Shown: one piece after another, positions 49,409 through 59,831 of the stretch
Layout: the number at the start of each line of letters is the position of its first letter
Position numbering within the stretch: the stretch's first letter is position 1
Assembly: GCA_902767375.1 (NCBI GenBank)
Contig: CACXGV010000029.1
Coordinates: 137-64,136 of the forward strand
DNA length: 64,000 nt
From: an uncultured Erysipelotrichaceae bacterium
Lineage (GTDB): Bacteria; Bacillota_I; Bacilli_A; RF39; UBA660
Direction of reading: 5' to 3'
Program-made: the position numbers and the translations under genes
Notes under the pieces: generated by a model
The model's input: only the letters and a program-made list of their open reading frames with translations
What the model was told of the DNA's origin: nothing
Databases searched by the model: none

Positions 49409-50668
49409 ATGGTAGGTGATAATATGGTTGAACTTTGTGACGATGGAAGTGCTTTAACAATTATAAGAGCAATAATGTTAGTTGTAGCTTTTATACAAGT
49501 TGCAGTTCCTCTAATTATAATAGTGATTTCCGCTATAGATTTATTTAAAGCTATTTCAGGTGGTAATCCTAAATCATTAAGAGAAAGACTAACTGTAATA
49601 GGCAAAAGAATAATTGCGGCCCTAATAATTGTTTTTGTTCCAACAATAATTCATCTAACCTTAAAAGTTATAAGCACTGACGACAATAACTACTTTGAAT
49701 GTATTGAAAATGCCAATGAAGAAGGAATTCAAACTGCTTATTATCATGCAGCAGAACGAGCTATAGATGAATTGGAAGAAAGCGAAGATGAAAATTTAAA
49801 AGGTCGCGCTCAAGGATATATTGATAAAATAACTGACCCTGCTAAAAAAGAAGAATTACAAACAAGATATAATAATGTTTTAGCAGAAGTTAAAGAAAAA
49901 AATAAACCTAAAATTACCCAGCATATACCTGTTACGCCAAGTAATCCAGGCGGAAGTGGAGGCAGTGGTGGAAGTGGCCCTGGAAATAATCCGGTTCACT
50001 TAGGAGATCCACTTAACGTTCAAGGCGGAGATGGTTTAAAATCGTTTAATGCATCAACTGGAAGAACTATTAACTATTATGAAATAGTTCCTAAAAACGC
50101 TAAAGAGAATATGCCTCTAATTGTATATCTTCATGGAGATGGTGAAGTATATAATATGGCAGGAATACCAAATCTACCAATCTATAGATTTATTAAAGAT
50201 ACGTATGATAACGAAATTCCATTTGTATTCGTTGCACCACATACCAATGTAACCGATTGGATTAGTTCTCCAATTCCGGAAACAGTCAAAAGTCTTATTG
50301 ATTCTAAAATAAGTGAATATAAAATAGATACTAAACATGTCATAATTATGGGAGCATCACGTGGAGCAATTGGGACATGGAATATGGTTGCTAAATATGG
50401 GACATTCTTTAGTGCTGCTTGTCCAATAAGTTGCCCTGCAGTAACTAGCAGTGATCCAAATTCATATAAGAATGTTGCTATTTACGCTATTTCAGGTGAT
50501 TCTGGAAGCCAAGAGGCTGGATATAACTCAAGCATGACAGATTTAGTAAATAGAATATCAGCAGCAGGTGGCACTGCAATTAAAAAAACATATAATGGAG
50601 AAACACATAATACTATAGCAGCAAGATTCCCAAATAAAGAATTGCTAATATGGTTATTAACACATTAG
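49409..50668 (+). CDS. Membrane-anchored alpha/beta-hydrolase (esterase/depolymerase-like)
   Basis: Two N-terminal TM; PGGSGGSGGSGPG linker; PLIVYLHGDGE and GASRGAIG (GxSxG) hydrolase motifs. Confidence 0.55.
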   Translation: MVGDNMVELCDDGSALTIIRAIMLVVAFIQVAVPLIIIVISAIDLFKAISGGNPKSLRERLTVIGKRIIAALIIVFVPTIIHLTLKVISTDDNNYFECIENANEEGIQTAYYHAAERAIDELEESEDENLKGRAQGYIDKITDPAKKEELQTRYNNVLAEVKEKNKPKITQHIPVTPSNPGGSGGSGGSGPGNNPVHLGDPLNVQGGDGLKSFNASTGRTINYYEIVPKNAKENMPLIVYLHGDGEVYNMAGIPNLPIYRFIKDTYDNEIPFVFVAPHTNVTDWISSPIPETVKSLIDSKISEYKIDTKHVIIMGASRGAIGTWNMVAKYGTFFSAACPISCPAVTSSDPNSYKNVAIYAISGDSGSQEAGYNSSMTDLVNRISAAGGTAIKKTYNGETHNTIAARFPNKELLIWLLTH

Positions 50669-50677
50669 GAGGTAAAA

Positions 50678-51310
50678 ATGGCATCAGCAATTATACATAT
50701 TGCAATCGCAAAAGAAGTAAATAAAAGATTAAAAAAAGATGAATCCAAATACTTATTAGGATCCATTGCACCAGACATAGCTAAACTAGTTGGAGAACCA
50801 AAAAACAAAAGTCATTTTATGGATGAAGGTCACTCAGAACCAAATCTAGATAGATTTTTAGAAAAATATGAGTGTTACTTAGATGATGATTTTGTAATGG
50901 GTTATTATATTCATCTTTTAGGAGACTATTTTTGGTTTAAATATTTTATACCAGAAATAGTAAACGAAGATAATACCCTAATTAAAAACTTAGCGGGAGA
51001 AAAAGTTCATCTGTGTGATGATGCTATTATGGAATACATCTATAATGATTACACAAGTTTAAACATAGATCTAATAGATAAATATAAACTAGATTTAGAT
51101 ATCTTCTACCAAGATATTCCTAAGTTAGACAATATTATTGAAGAAATCCCTATGGATAAATTAGAAATATTAAGAGACAAAATGGGATTAATAATTGAAA
51201 ACTCTAAAAAAGCTAAATTATATGTATTTAGTATGGAAAATATTGAAAACTTTATTTCAACTACAACTGAAATGATTATAGCTAAATTAGAAGAACTAGA
51301 TTATTTATAA
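50678..51310 (+). CDS. Hypothetical protein (possible metal-dependent hydrolase)
   Basis: GGAGG RBS; His/Asp-rich N-terminal half; no family recognised. Confidence 0.4.
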   Translation: MASAIIHIAIAKEVNKRLKKDESKYLLGSIAPDIAKLVGEPKNKSHFMDEGHSEPNLDRFLEKYECYLDDDFVMGYYIHLLGDYFWFKYFIPEIVNEDNTLIKNLAGEKVHLCDDAIMEYIYNDYTSLNIDLIDKYKLDLDIFYQDIPKLDNIIEEIPMDKLEILRDKMGLIIENSKKAKLYVFSMENIENFISTTTEMIIAKLEELDYL

Positions 51311-51344
51311 ATAATATGTTATTATATAAAGCAGGTGGGTAAAA

Positions 51345-51836
51345 ATGAAAAATAAAAAAATTAAAAGTGTTAAATATGAAAGTGAAGATATGAAGGAAAT
51401 AAGGAATCTTATCTTCATTATACTTGGTATTTTAGTAGTAATTGTTGGATTATACTTTTTAACATCACATACTTTAAACAAGAAAGATAATAATGCAGAA
51501 GAGGCTGCATTTAACTATGATGTTGCTACTGTAGGAACTATGTTCAATCGTCCATATGACGAGTATTATGTATTCTTATATAAAGCTGATGATGAAAATG
51601 CTAATCAATATAAATCATTAGTAAGCTCTTATATTAGTAAAGATAATGCCTTAAAAGTTTATACTGTCGATTTAAGTATGAATAAAGATGATGAATATTT
51701 AAGTGATAAATCTAATCATAATCCATCAAAACCAAGTGAAGTAAAAATTAAAGATTCTGCTTTAATTCTAATTAAGAATGGTAAAGTATCTAAATACTAC
51801 GAATCTATATCTGAATATGAAAAAGTGTTTAATTAA
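51345..51836 (+). CDS. Membrane-anchored hypothetical protein
   Basis: Single TM (LIFIILGILVVIVGLYFL); 163 aa. Confidence 0.45.
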   Translation: MKNKKIKSVKYESEDMKEIRNLIFIILGILVVIVGLYFLTSHTLNKKDNNAEEAAFNYDVATVGTMFNRPYDEYYVFLYKADDENANQYKSLVSSYISKDNALKVYTVDLSMNKDDEYLSDKSNHNPSKPSEVKIKDSALILIKNGKVSKYYESISEYEKVFN

Positions 51837-51847
51837 CACTTTTTTTA
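51821..51847 (+). terminator. Rho-independent terminator
   Basis: AAAAGTGTT-taatt-AACACTTTT 9-bp stem then T-run. Confidence 0.7.
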
Positions 51848-51873
51848 TGTTAAAATTATAGTGAGATGGTAAT

Positions 51874-53067
51874 ATGAAAAATAAAGATAGTAAGCCAATA
51901 TTTAAATTATGGGAAGTAATAGTAATTACTTTAGTTTCATCTTTAATTATGAGTTTTAGTACTGGTTATTTAGTTTATACTAGTAATAAAACTCCTAAAA
52001 ATACTAATAGTAAAGAATTAAATGAACTAATATCTTCATATAATAATATTGTTAATAACTATTATGATGAAATAGATCAAAGCGCTCTAGTTGATTCAGC
52101 TATTAATGGAATGCTTAAATATTTAGGAGACCCTTATACTACTTATTTAAATGAAAATAATACTAATTTACTTAATGATTCTCTAAATGGAAGTTATCAA
52201 GGAATTGGCGTTGAAGTTACAACTAACGAAAACAAGGAAATAGTAATTAAAAAAGTATTTGAAGATTCTCCTGCAGAAAGAGCAGGTATTATGTCAGAAG
52301 ATATAATAATTAAAATAGATGATACAGATTTAACTGATAAAGATCATTATGATGCTGTTGAAATAATTAAGAATAACACCAATGGAAACATTAAAATAAC
52401 AGTTAAAAGGGGCGAGGAAATAAAAGAATTCACTGTTAATAAAGCAACCCTATATGTTCCTGCTATTTATAAAGAAATATTTAATCGTAACGAAAAAAGA
52501 GTAGGATACATCTTAATAGATAAATTCTCTGATACTATTTACGAACAATTTGATAAAGAACTACTATCATTAGAAGAATCAAATATAGATAGTTTAATAA
52601 TTGATTTAAGAAATAATACTGGTGGTTATTTAAATGAAGCAACCAACATTGCTGAATTATTTCTTCAAAAAGGCAAACTAATATATTCATTAGAAAATAA
52701 ACTATCGAAGGAAGATACAAAAGATACCACAGATGAATATCGTTCTTATCCAATTGCAGTATTAATTAATAAAGGATCAGCATCTGCCTCAGAAATTCTA
52801 GCCTCTGCCTTGAAATATAGTTATAATGCCACATTAATCGGAGTAAAATCCTATGGCAAAGGCAAAGTCCAAAGAACAACTACCTTAACAGATGGAACAA
52901 TGTATAAATACACATCAGCTAAATGGTTAACTCCTAAAGGTAATTGTATAGATGAGGTGGGATTAGAACCTGACATAGAAGTAAACTTAAGCGAAGAGTA
53001 TATTGAAAATCCATCTTTTGAAACAGATAACCAAATTCAAACTGCAATTTATGAATTAACAAAATAA
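51874..53067 (+). CDS. ctpA: S41-family C-terminal processing peptidase with PDZ domain
   Basis: TM anchor; PDZ (GIGVEVTTNENKEIVIKKVFEDSPAERAG); LINKGSASASEILASALK catalytic Ser context. Confidence 0.8.
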   Translation: MKNKDSKPIFKLWEVIVITLVSSLIMSFSTGYLVYTSNKTPKNTNSKELNELISSYNNIVNNYYDEIDQSALVDSAINGMLKYLGDPYTTYLNENNTNLLNDSLNGSYQGIGVEVTTNENKEIVIKKVFEDSPAERAGIMSEDIIIKIDDTDLTDKDHYDAVEIIKNNTNGNIKITVKRGEEIKEFTVNKATLYVPAIYKEIFNRNEKRVGYILIDKFSDTIYEQFDKELLSLEESNIDSLIIDLRNNTGGYLNEATNIAELFLQKGKLIYSLENKLSKEDTKDTTDEYRSYPIAVLINKGSASASEILASALKYSYNATLIGVKSYGKGKVQRTTTLTDGTMYKYTSAKWLTPKGNCIDEVGLEPDIEVNLSEEYIENPSFETDNQIQTAIYELTK

Positions 53068-53120
53068 GGTAGATTTTATAGAAATCTATCTTTTATAATG
53101 ATATAATTTAAATATGGGGG

Positions 53121-53873
53121 ATGCTTATGGAAACTATTGAATTTAGAAAGTATAATTTAAAAATTAAATTAACACCATTTATTAATATAGTGGGATCACA
53201 TTCAAGTGGTAAAACAAGACTTTTAAAATCTTTAATTAATCAAATTGATAACGATGATATCTTAATTGATGGAAGACCTATCAATGATTTTGATATCTCT
53301 TTTTTACGACAAAATATTGCGGCAGTTTTAAAGACTAATGAGTTTAAAACCGACTATGTTAAAGATGAATTATTGTTTTATCAAAGAATAATTAACATAT
53401 CAGATGACATTGCTTATAAAACCCTTGAAAAGTTTATTAAGTTCTTTAAATTAGATGATTTAGTTGAATCTAAAATAAACTATCTATCTACATATGAAAA
53501 AGCTTATGTTAAAATACTAGCTTTATTAATAATCAAGCCATCTATTCTAGGAATTGATGATTTATTAACTTATCTAACCCCAGAACAAAAATTTAAGATA
53601 ATAAAATATGCTAAAGAGAATAATATCTGCATTTTAAATGTTACAACCAATTCTGAAGAATTATTATATGGCACGGATACAATAATTATGGATAATAATA
53701 GTGTAGTTAGATATGATACTACCGAAAATATTTTAAAAGAAGGCAAATACTTATCTAAAATAGGTATGAATGACCCATTTATAGTTGAAATGAGTACTAA
53801 CCTAAATTATTATGACTTATTAAAGAAAAAATATTTTAGTATGAAATCATTAGTAGGTGCTTTATGGAAATAA
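53121..53873 (+). CDS. Degenerate ABC/ECF-type ATPase-like protein (Walker A intact; Walker B E->D; H-loop H->N)
   Basis: GSHSSGKTRLL Walker A; LSTYEK in place of LSGGQ; ILGIDDLL in place of hhhhDE; TTN in place of H-loop. Confidence 0.55.
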   Translation: MLMETIEFRKYNLKIKLTPFINIVGSHSSGKTRLLKSLINQIDNDDILIDGRPINDFDISFLRQNIAAVLKTNEFKTDYVKDELLFYQRIINISDDIAYKTLEKFIKFFKLDDLVESKINYLSTYEKAYVKILALLIIKPSILGIDDLLTYLTPEQKFKIIKYAKENNICILNVTTNSEELLYGTDTIIMDNNSVVRYDTTENILKEGKYLSKIGMNDPFIVEMSTNLNYYDLLKKKYFSMKSLVGALWK

Positions 53874-54478
53874 TATATTCTAATAGTAATAATAATAAAT
53901 ATTTTAAAAATAGGTCATTTACATCCTTTATTGGAGAAGCTTCAGACTTATCAACTATTGTCAATGATATGACTGAACTAACCATAAAAAAGAATGCTAA
54001 AGTAAAAAAACTTGTTAATAACATCGATTTTATTAACATGTTAGGATTATCCCCAGATATATTAAAATCAAGATTAAATGAAATATCTTACAGTGAGTAC
54101 AAATTAATACTATTAATTTATGCCTGTGAAATGCATCCTGATTTAGTTATTCTAAACAATTTAGATTTAGGATTAAATCATAAAGATAAATCCAAAATAT
54201 CTAAATTTATCAAACTTATAAATGCAGAATATAAAACTAGCTTCTTAATTATTTCTAACGATATATTATTCTTAAATAAGATAAGTAAACACCTTATAAT
54301 AGCTAAGAATAAAATAATTAAATATCAAGGAGATATTTTAAGCGCTATTAAAAGTGGCTTAGTATCTAAACCACCAATTATAGAATTCATCGAACTTGCT
54401 AATGAAAAAGGGGCAAATCTAACATATACTTTAGATAATAAAGAACTATTAAAAGATATTTATAGGAGTATATTCTAA
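53864..54478 (+). CDS. Degenerate ABC ATPase-like protein lacking P-loop lysine and catalytic residues
   Basis: IGEASDLST where Walker A is expected; ISYSEYKLILLIY in place of signature; LVILNNLDLG in place of Walker B. Confidence 0.5.
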   Translation: MEIIYSNSNNNKYFKNRSFTSFIGEASDLSTIVNDMTELTIKKNAKVKKLVNNIDFINMLGLSPDILKSRLNEISYSEYKLILLIYACEMHPDLVILNNLDLGLNHKDKSKISKFIKLINAEYKTSFLIISNDILFLNKISKHLIIAKNKIIKYQGDILSAIKSGLVSKPPIIEFIELANEKGANLTYTLDNKELLKDIYRSIF

Positions 54479-55200
54479 TGAGATATTTAGCAAAAATAAG
54501 TTATGATGGTAGTAAATATTATGGTTTTCAAAAATTAAATAATCACAAAACAGTACAAGAAGAATTAGAAAAAGCTTTAACTAAAATAAACAAATCAATC
54601 GTACTAGTTAAAGGAGCAGGCAGAACTGATAGAGGTGTTCATGCCTTTAATCAAGGAGTATCATTTGATTTAAATATAAACATCCCAGTTGATAATTTAA
54701 AAGAAGCTATCAATTCATGTATTGATAAATACATATATGTTAACGATGTATATGAAGTAGAAGATGACTTTCATGCAAGATTTGACTGCTTAGAAAAAAC
54801 ATATCAATATGTTATTAATATGGGTGAATATGATCCAATCGATAATGATTATATTTATAATTATTGTTACAACTTAAATATCGGAAAGATGAAAAGGGCC
54901 GCAAAGTACTTAATTGGGCCCCACTCATATAAAGCATTCACATCTGGTGAAAGAGAAAACTATAATAGTGTCATAAACAAAATAACATTTAAAAAGAAAA
55001 AAGATATATTATTAATTACATTTACAGGCAAAAGTTTTTATAGATATATGATACGGAATATGGTAGGAGCCCTTATCTTAGTTGGTGAGAATAAAAAAGA
55101 TCCAGAGATAATTAAAGAAATGTTAGATAAATCTCGCAAAACTACAAACTATATAACTGCCCCATCAAGTGGATTATATCTTGTAGATGTTAAATACTAG
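54478..55200 (+). CDS. truA: tRNA pseudouridine(38-40) synthase
   Basis: MRYLAKISYDGSKYYGFQ start; GAGRTDRGVHA catalytic Asp motif. Confidence 0.9.
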   Translation: MRYLAKISYDGSKYYGFQKLNNHKTVQEELEKALTKINKSIVLVKGAGRTDRGVHAFNQGVSFDLNINIPVDNLKEAINSCIDKYIYVNDVYEVEDDFHARFDCLEKTYQYVINMGEYDPIDNDYIYNYCYNLNIGKMKRAAKYLIGPHSYKAFTSGERENYNSVINKITFKKKKDILLITFTGKSFYRYMIRNMVGALILVGENKKDPEIIKEMLDKSRKTTNYITAPSSGLYLVDVKY

Positions 55201-55231
55201 CCCGTTAATTCGGATTTTTCTATCCCTTTTA

Positions 55232-55260
55232 TTGCGATATAGGGTTACATTTGTTATAAT
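55232..55260 (+). promoter_or_regulatory. Sigma-A-type promoter of the teichoic-acid/dlt operon
   Basis: TTGCGA, 17-nt spacer, TGtTATAAT; ~28 nt before ATG 55288. Confidence 0.55.
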
Positions 55261-55287
55261 TTACATAGAGAAAATGAGGCATTGAAT

Positions 55288-56916
55288 ATGGATGAAACAT
55301 TTAGTGAAATAAAAACAGTTAAAGATATAAAAGGAATATTTGTTAATATTTTCCCTATATTTTTTAAAACCAAAAAAACCATTGGAATTTTTAGCATGTG
55401 CGCTTATCGATATGATCGACATTTAAAAAAAGAATCTTTTGACAAGTATTTAGTTTTAAGAGAAGAAAAATTTCCAATAAAAACATTATTTAAAAAAGGT
55501 ATAAGAGTTCCTTTTAAAAAGTATAATTATTATTTTAATATTTATAAAGTTAGCGTAGAATGTGACAAACTAGTTAACAATCCTCCACAAAATCTCTGCA
55601 AAGTTAACTTTATAAATGATGATACTAATTTAGTTATGCCCATGATTTATAATTTAATATACTATACTAAATATCTTGGATTTGTAGGACCATTATATAA
55701 ATTTAAAAATCATAATTTGGCATGCTATTTTAGACAAACTAAAAAGAACTCAATTGGAGTAACAGTTAGAAGTCAAAATGTTACAGATTCTCCAAAAGAG
55801 AAGATTAAAATATTTTTTGCTAAACTATTATCTTGCTTAACTCCTAAAAGTAATATCATCTTATTATATGAGAAAGAAGCTAATAAATATGAAGAAAGTG
55901 CAATGGTAGTTTATGAAAGACTAATTGATATGGGATATAATAATGCTCACTTTATAATTAGAAAAGAAAGTGCTCACAATGAATTTATTAAACCAAAATA
56001 TCAAAAAAATATTATTTATGCCTTTACTTTTAAACACTACTATAGTTTCTTTAAATGTCATAAATTTATTGGAACTGAATCAGTTCCTCATTCAATCGAA
56101 CTAAGAGCAGCCAATAAATATATAACTCGTAAATTCATCAAAAAAGATTATAAACAAGTTTTTTTACAACATGGCGTTATGTATATGGTAGCATTAAACC
56201 CTAAAAGTAGAGGTGCATTCTTAAAAGGCGTTAATGAAATGCCTATGGATGTAAAAGTGGTTGTGTCATCAGATTTAGAAGCTAAGCATTTTATAGATTT
56301 AGCAAATTATGAAAAAGAAGATTTATATGTAACAGGATTGCCTTCATATGATCGAAATATAAAAAAAGAAGATGCTGACAAAATAACAATCATGTTAACT
56401 GCTAGACTATGGGAACTAAATCTTTTAGAATCAGATTATAAAAAGTCTAAATATTATCAAATGTTAAAGAAAATAATAAAAAATGTTCCTAAAGAACTAA
56501 GGGATAAAGTTTATGTAATACCTCATCCCCTATTACTAGAACGTTTTAAAAATACTGATATAAAAGTTCCAGATATTTTATCATATGATAAAATATTAGA
56601 AGAAACTAATCTATTAATTACTGATTATTCATCTATTGCTTATTCAGCCTTTTATCGTGGTTCAAATGTAATATTTTGCTGGGAAGAATTAGATGAATGT
56701 ATGAAGCAGTTCCATAGTCATCTTATGTTAAATGATAAAAATGCTTTTGGTGATATCAGTTATGAATTTGAAGATTTAGGCAAACTAATAAAAGACAATT
56801 ACTTAAAACCACAAAGTAAAAAATATCAAAATAGATATCATAAAATAGTAGAGTTCCATGATAATCATAATACTGATAGATTAATTGAATATCTTAAAAG
56901 AGATCATATTATATAG
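55288..56916 (+). CDS. CDP-glycerol glycerophosphotransferase (TagF/TarF-like)
   Basis: C-terminal ITDYSSIAYSAFYRGSNVIF characteristic of Glyphos_transf; 543 aa. Confidence 0.7.
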   Translation: MDETFSEIKTVKDIKGIFVNIFPIFFKTKKTIGIFSMCAYRYDRHLKKESFDKYLVLREEKFPIKTLFKKGIRVPFKKYNYYFNIYKVSVECDKLVNNPPQNLCKVNFINDDTNLVMPMIYNLIYYTKYLGFVGPLYKFKNHNLACYFRQTKKNSIGVTVRSQNVTDSPKEKIKIFFAKLLSCLTPKSNIILLYEKEANKYEESAMVVYERLIDMGYNNAHFIIRKESAHNEFIKPKYQKNIIYAFTFKHYYSFFKCHKFIGTESVPHSIELRAANKYITRKFIKKDYKQVFLQHGVMYMVALNPKSRGAFLKGVNEMPMDVKVVVSSDLEAKHFIDLANYEKEDLYVTGLPSYDRNIKKEDADKITIMLTARLWELNLLESDYKKSKYYQMLKKIIKNVPKELRDKVYVIPHPLLLERFKNTDIKVPDILSYDKILEETNLLITDYSSIAYSAFYRGSNVIFCWEELDECMKQFHSHLMLNDKNAFGDISYEFEDLGKLIKDNYLKPQSKKYQNRYHKIVEFHDNHNTDRLIEYLKRDHII

Positions 56917-56924
56917 GAGGAATA

Positions 56925-58052
56925 ATGACAGTTCTAATAACTTTATTCAAATGGCATTTAAGATTAATTTATTTCTTTATCAAACTTTTTACTAAAATAG
57001 ATCATAATAAGATTTTATTTCTTAGTAGACAGTCAAATAATAAATCTATTGATTTTGAATTAATGGAAAAAGATATTCATAAAAGGTTTCCGGATAAAAA
57101 ACTTGTCATACTAACTAAGGTATTAGTAAAGAAAAACTTTATTAGTTATTACTTTCATATGTACAAGCAAATGTATCATCTAGCAACTTCCAAAGTATGC
57201 TTAGCAGATACATATATTATTCCTATATCTGTTCTAAACCATAAAAAAGAATTAACAATAATTGAACTATGTCATGGTATTGGAAATCTAAAAAAATTTG
57301 GATATCAAACACTAAAAAAAGAATCTGGTAAAGGGGATAAATTGAGTCACTTAATGCAAATGCATGAACATTATGACTATTTAATATCAACAAGTGAAGA
57401 GACTAGTAGATTTTATGCTGAAGCATTTAATATGCCATTAGACAAGATGGTACCCATTGGTAATCCTAAAATAGACTATTTATTAAAAATTAAAAATAAG
57501 AAAAAAGACATTCTAAAAAAATATCCTCATTTAAAGGATAAGCCAACCATTTTATATGTATCTACTTTTAGAAGATATGAAGATGACTATTTAAAAGAAT
57601 TTGTTTCTCATGCATTATTTGACAAATACAATATAATTATAAACATTCATCCAGTAGCGTATAAATATCATCCAGATATTGACAAATACATCACTGATGA
57701 TAGAGTATATCGCTGCCCAGAGTTTAATACCCAAGAATTACTAAGTGTAGCTGATATTGCTATAACTGACTACTCATCTTTTGTATTTGAAAGTGCTATT
57801 TTAGAAATACCAACTTATCTATATGTACCTGATTATGAAAAATATACAGCAAAAAATGGTTTAAATGTTGATATCTTTAAAGAATTACCTAATGTTGTAT
57901 TTAAAGATGCTAAAAAAATGTTTAAAGCTATTGATAAAGATAACTATGATATGAATGTAATAAGAAATTTTAAAAATAAATATGTATCAAATTGTGAAGG
58001 AAATGCTACTCAGCTATTAGTGGATTTCATAATTGATAAATGTAATAAATAG
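56925..58052 (+). CDS. CDP-glycerol glycerophosphotransferase (TagB/TagF-like, short form)
   Basis: ITDYSSFVFESAILEIPTYLYVPDYEKY motif; GGAGG RBS. Confidence 0.7.
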   Translation: MTVLITLFKWHLRLIYFFIKLFTKIDHNKILFLSRQSNNKSIDFELMEKDIHKRFPDKKLVILTKVLVKKNFISYYFHMYKQMYHLATSKVCLADTYIIPISVLNHKKELTIIELCHGIGNLKKFGYQTLKKESGKGDKLSHLMQMHEHYDYLISTSEETSRFYAEAFNMPLDKMVPIGNPKIDYLLKIKNKKKDILKKYPHLKDKPTILYVSTFRRYEDDYLKEFVSHALFDKYNIIINIHPVAYKYHPDIDKYITDDRVYRCPEFNTQELLSVADIAITDYSSFVFESAILEIPTYLYVPDYEKYTAKNGLNVDIFKELPNVVFKDAKKMFKAIDKDNYDMNVIRNFKNKYVSNCEGNATQLLVDFIIDKCNK

Positions 58053-58064
58053 AAAGGATAGAAT

Positions 58065-59585
58065 ATGAAAAAAGTAATTACAGATTATTTAGATGAAACA
58101 TCTAACAAATATCCAAGAAAAACATGTATTTTAGAAAATAAAGATAATAAAATAAGTTTTCATGCATTTGCTAATGAATCAAAAAGAATAGCTTGTTATA
58201 TAAATAAATATAACTTATTTAATAAACCAATTGCTATTTTTATAGATAAAAGTATCGATACATTAAAAGCAATGTTTGGAGTTTTATATAGTGGTAATTT
58301 TTATACTGTATTTGATACTGCATCTCCAAAAAATAGATTAGATTTAGTCTATAATACTTTAAAACCAACTTTAATTATTACTAATAATAAATGTATTGAA
58401 AAATTAAAGAGTTATAATTTTGATGCACAGATTATAAATATAGATTTAATTGATAATAAAATAGATAATAAGGTAATAAAGGGTATTAACCAAAAGATGG
58501 TTGGTACTAATCCAGCATATGTTTTATTTACATCCGGATCAACCGGAGTACCAAAAGGTAGTGTTATAACTCATAAATCAGTGATCGCTTATATTAAATG
58601 GTTTATTGAATGCTTCAGCATTGATAATACAACTATTTTTGGCAATCAATCTCCATTCTATTTTAGTATGTCTGTTTCAGATATATATTCAACAATGTTT
58701 ACTGGAGCAACATTTTGCATTATTCCAAAAATTAATTTTACTTTTACTATGAACTTAGTAAAATATCTAAATGAGTTTAAAATAAACACTATATATTGGG
58801 TACCTTCTGCCTTAAGTATTGTTGCCAACTTAAATACATTTGACTATGCCAAGCCAAAATATTTAAAAAAAGTATTGTTTGCCGGAGAAGTAATGCCAAC
58901 TCCAACTTTAAATAAATGGCGTAAACATTTACCAAATGTATTATATGGAAACTTATTTGGGCCAACAGAAACAACTGATATATGTACCTATTATATTGTT
59001 AATCGTAAGTTTAAAAATAATGAATCATTACCTATTGGTTGGCCATGTAACAACTGTGATATTTTAATTGTAGATGAAGAAGGAAAAGAATGTGAAGCTG
59101 GAAGCCCTGGAGAACTATACGTAAGAGGCGATTTTGTTGGTTCAGGATATTATAATAATCCTGAAAAAACCAACGATGCATTTGTGCAAAACCCTATTAA
59201 TAAATCATATCCTGAAATAGTATATAAAACAGGAGATTTAGGTAAAATAAATAAATATGGTGAAATAGAATATCTAGGACGCAAAGATTTCCAAATTAAA
59301 CATATGGGATATCGTATAGAATTAGGCGAAATTGAAGCAAATATTACTGCCTTAGAGGGCATCACTACATGTGCATGTATATATGATGAAAATAATAAAT
59401 TAATTGTATTATTCTATGAATCATCAAAATTATCCGTAGATGATGTAATAAAATATGCGGATCAAAAATTAGTAAAATATATGAGACCTAATAAGGTTAT
59501 CAAAGTATCTAAGATGCCATTTAATGCTAATGGTAAAATAGATAGAGTTAAATTAAAAAAAGATTATCTAGAAATGGAAGGTTAA
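58065..59585 (+). CDS. dltA: D-alanine--D-alanyl carrier protein ligase
   Basis: AMP-binding motif LFTSGSTGVPKG; 506 aa; followed by carrier protein gene. Confidence 0.85.
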   Translation: MKKVITDYLDETSNKYPRKTCILENKDNKISFHAFANESKRIACYINKYNLFNKPIAIFIDKSIDTLKAMFGVLYSGNFYTVFDTASPKNRLDLVYNTLKPTLIITNNKCIEKLKSYNFDAQIINIDLIDNKIDNKVIKGINQKMVGTNPAYVLFTSGSTGVPKGSVITHKSVIAYIKWFIECFSIDNTTIFGNQSPFYFSMSVSDIYSTMFTGATFCIIPKINFTFTMNLVKYLNEFKINTIYWVPSALSIVANLNTFDYAKPKYLKKVLFAGEVMPTPTLNKWRKHLPNVLYGNLFGPTETTDICTYYIVNRKFKNNESLPIGWPCNNCDILIVDEEGKECEAGSPGELYVRGDFVGSGYYNNPEKTNDAFVQNPINKSYPEIVYKTGDLGKINKYGEIEYLGRKDFQIKHMGYRIELGEIEANITALEGITTCACIYDENNKLIVLFYESSKLSVDDVIKYADQKLVKYMRPNKVIKVSKMPFNANGKIDRVKLKKDYLEMEG

Positions 59586-59587
59586 TT

Positions 59588-59809
59588 ATGAAAGAAATTA
59601 TTGAAGTATTAAATGAAGTAAAAGAAGGAATTGATTATGCTAATGAAAAACATCTTGTATCAGATGGCTTAATAACTTCTTTTGATCTAGTAATGTTAAT
59701 ATCACTTTTAAATGAAAAATTTGATATTGAAATTACTGTAGTAGATGTTATCCCAGAAAATTTTGAATCAGTTGAAACAATAGAAGCTTTAGTTAATAAG
59801 TTGAAATAA
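59588..59809 (+). CDS. dltC: D-alanyl carrier protein
   Basis: 73 aa; LVSDGLITSFDLVMLISLLNEKF with phosphopantetheine Ser. Confidence 0.8.
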   Translation: MKEIIEVLNEVKEGIDYANEKHLVSDGLITSFDLVMLISLLNEKFDIEITVVDVIPENFESVETIEALVNKLK

Positions 59810-59831
59810 TAATTAATTCAGGAGGAACAAC

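Noticed and set aside
55201-55225. Possible truA terminator CCG-ttaatt-CGG plus ATTTTTC
   Set aside because: It has only a 3-bp stem and a weak U-run, too weak to call. truA may read through into the teichoic-acid operon promoter region.
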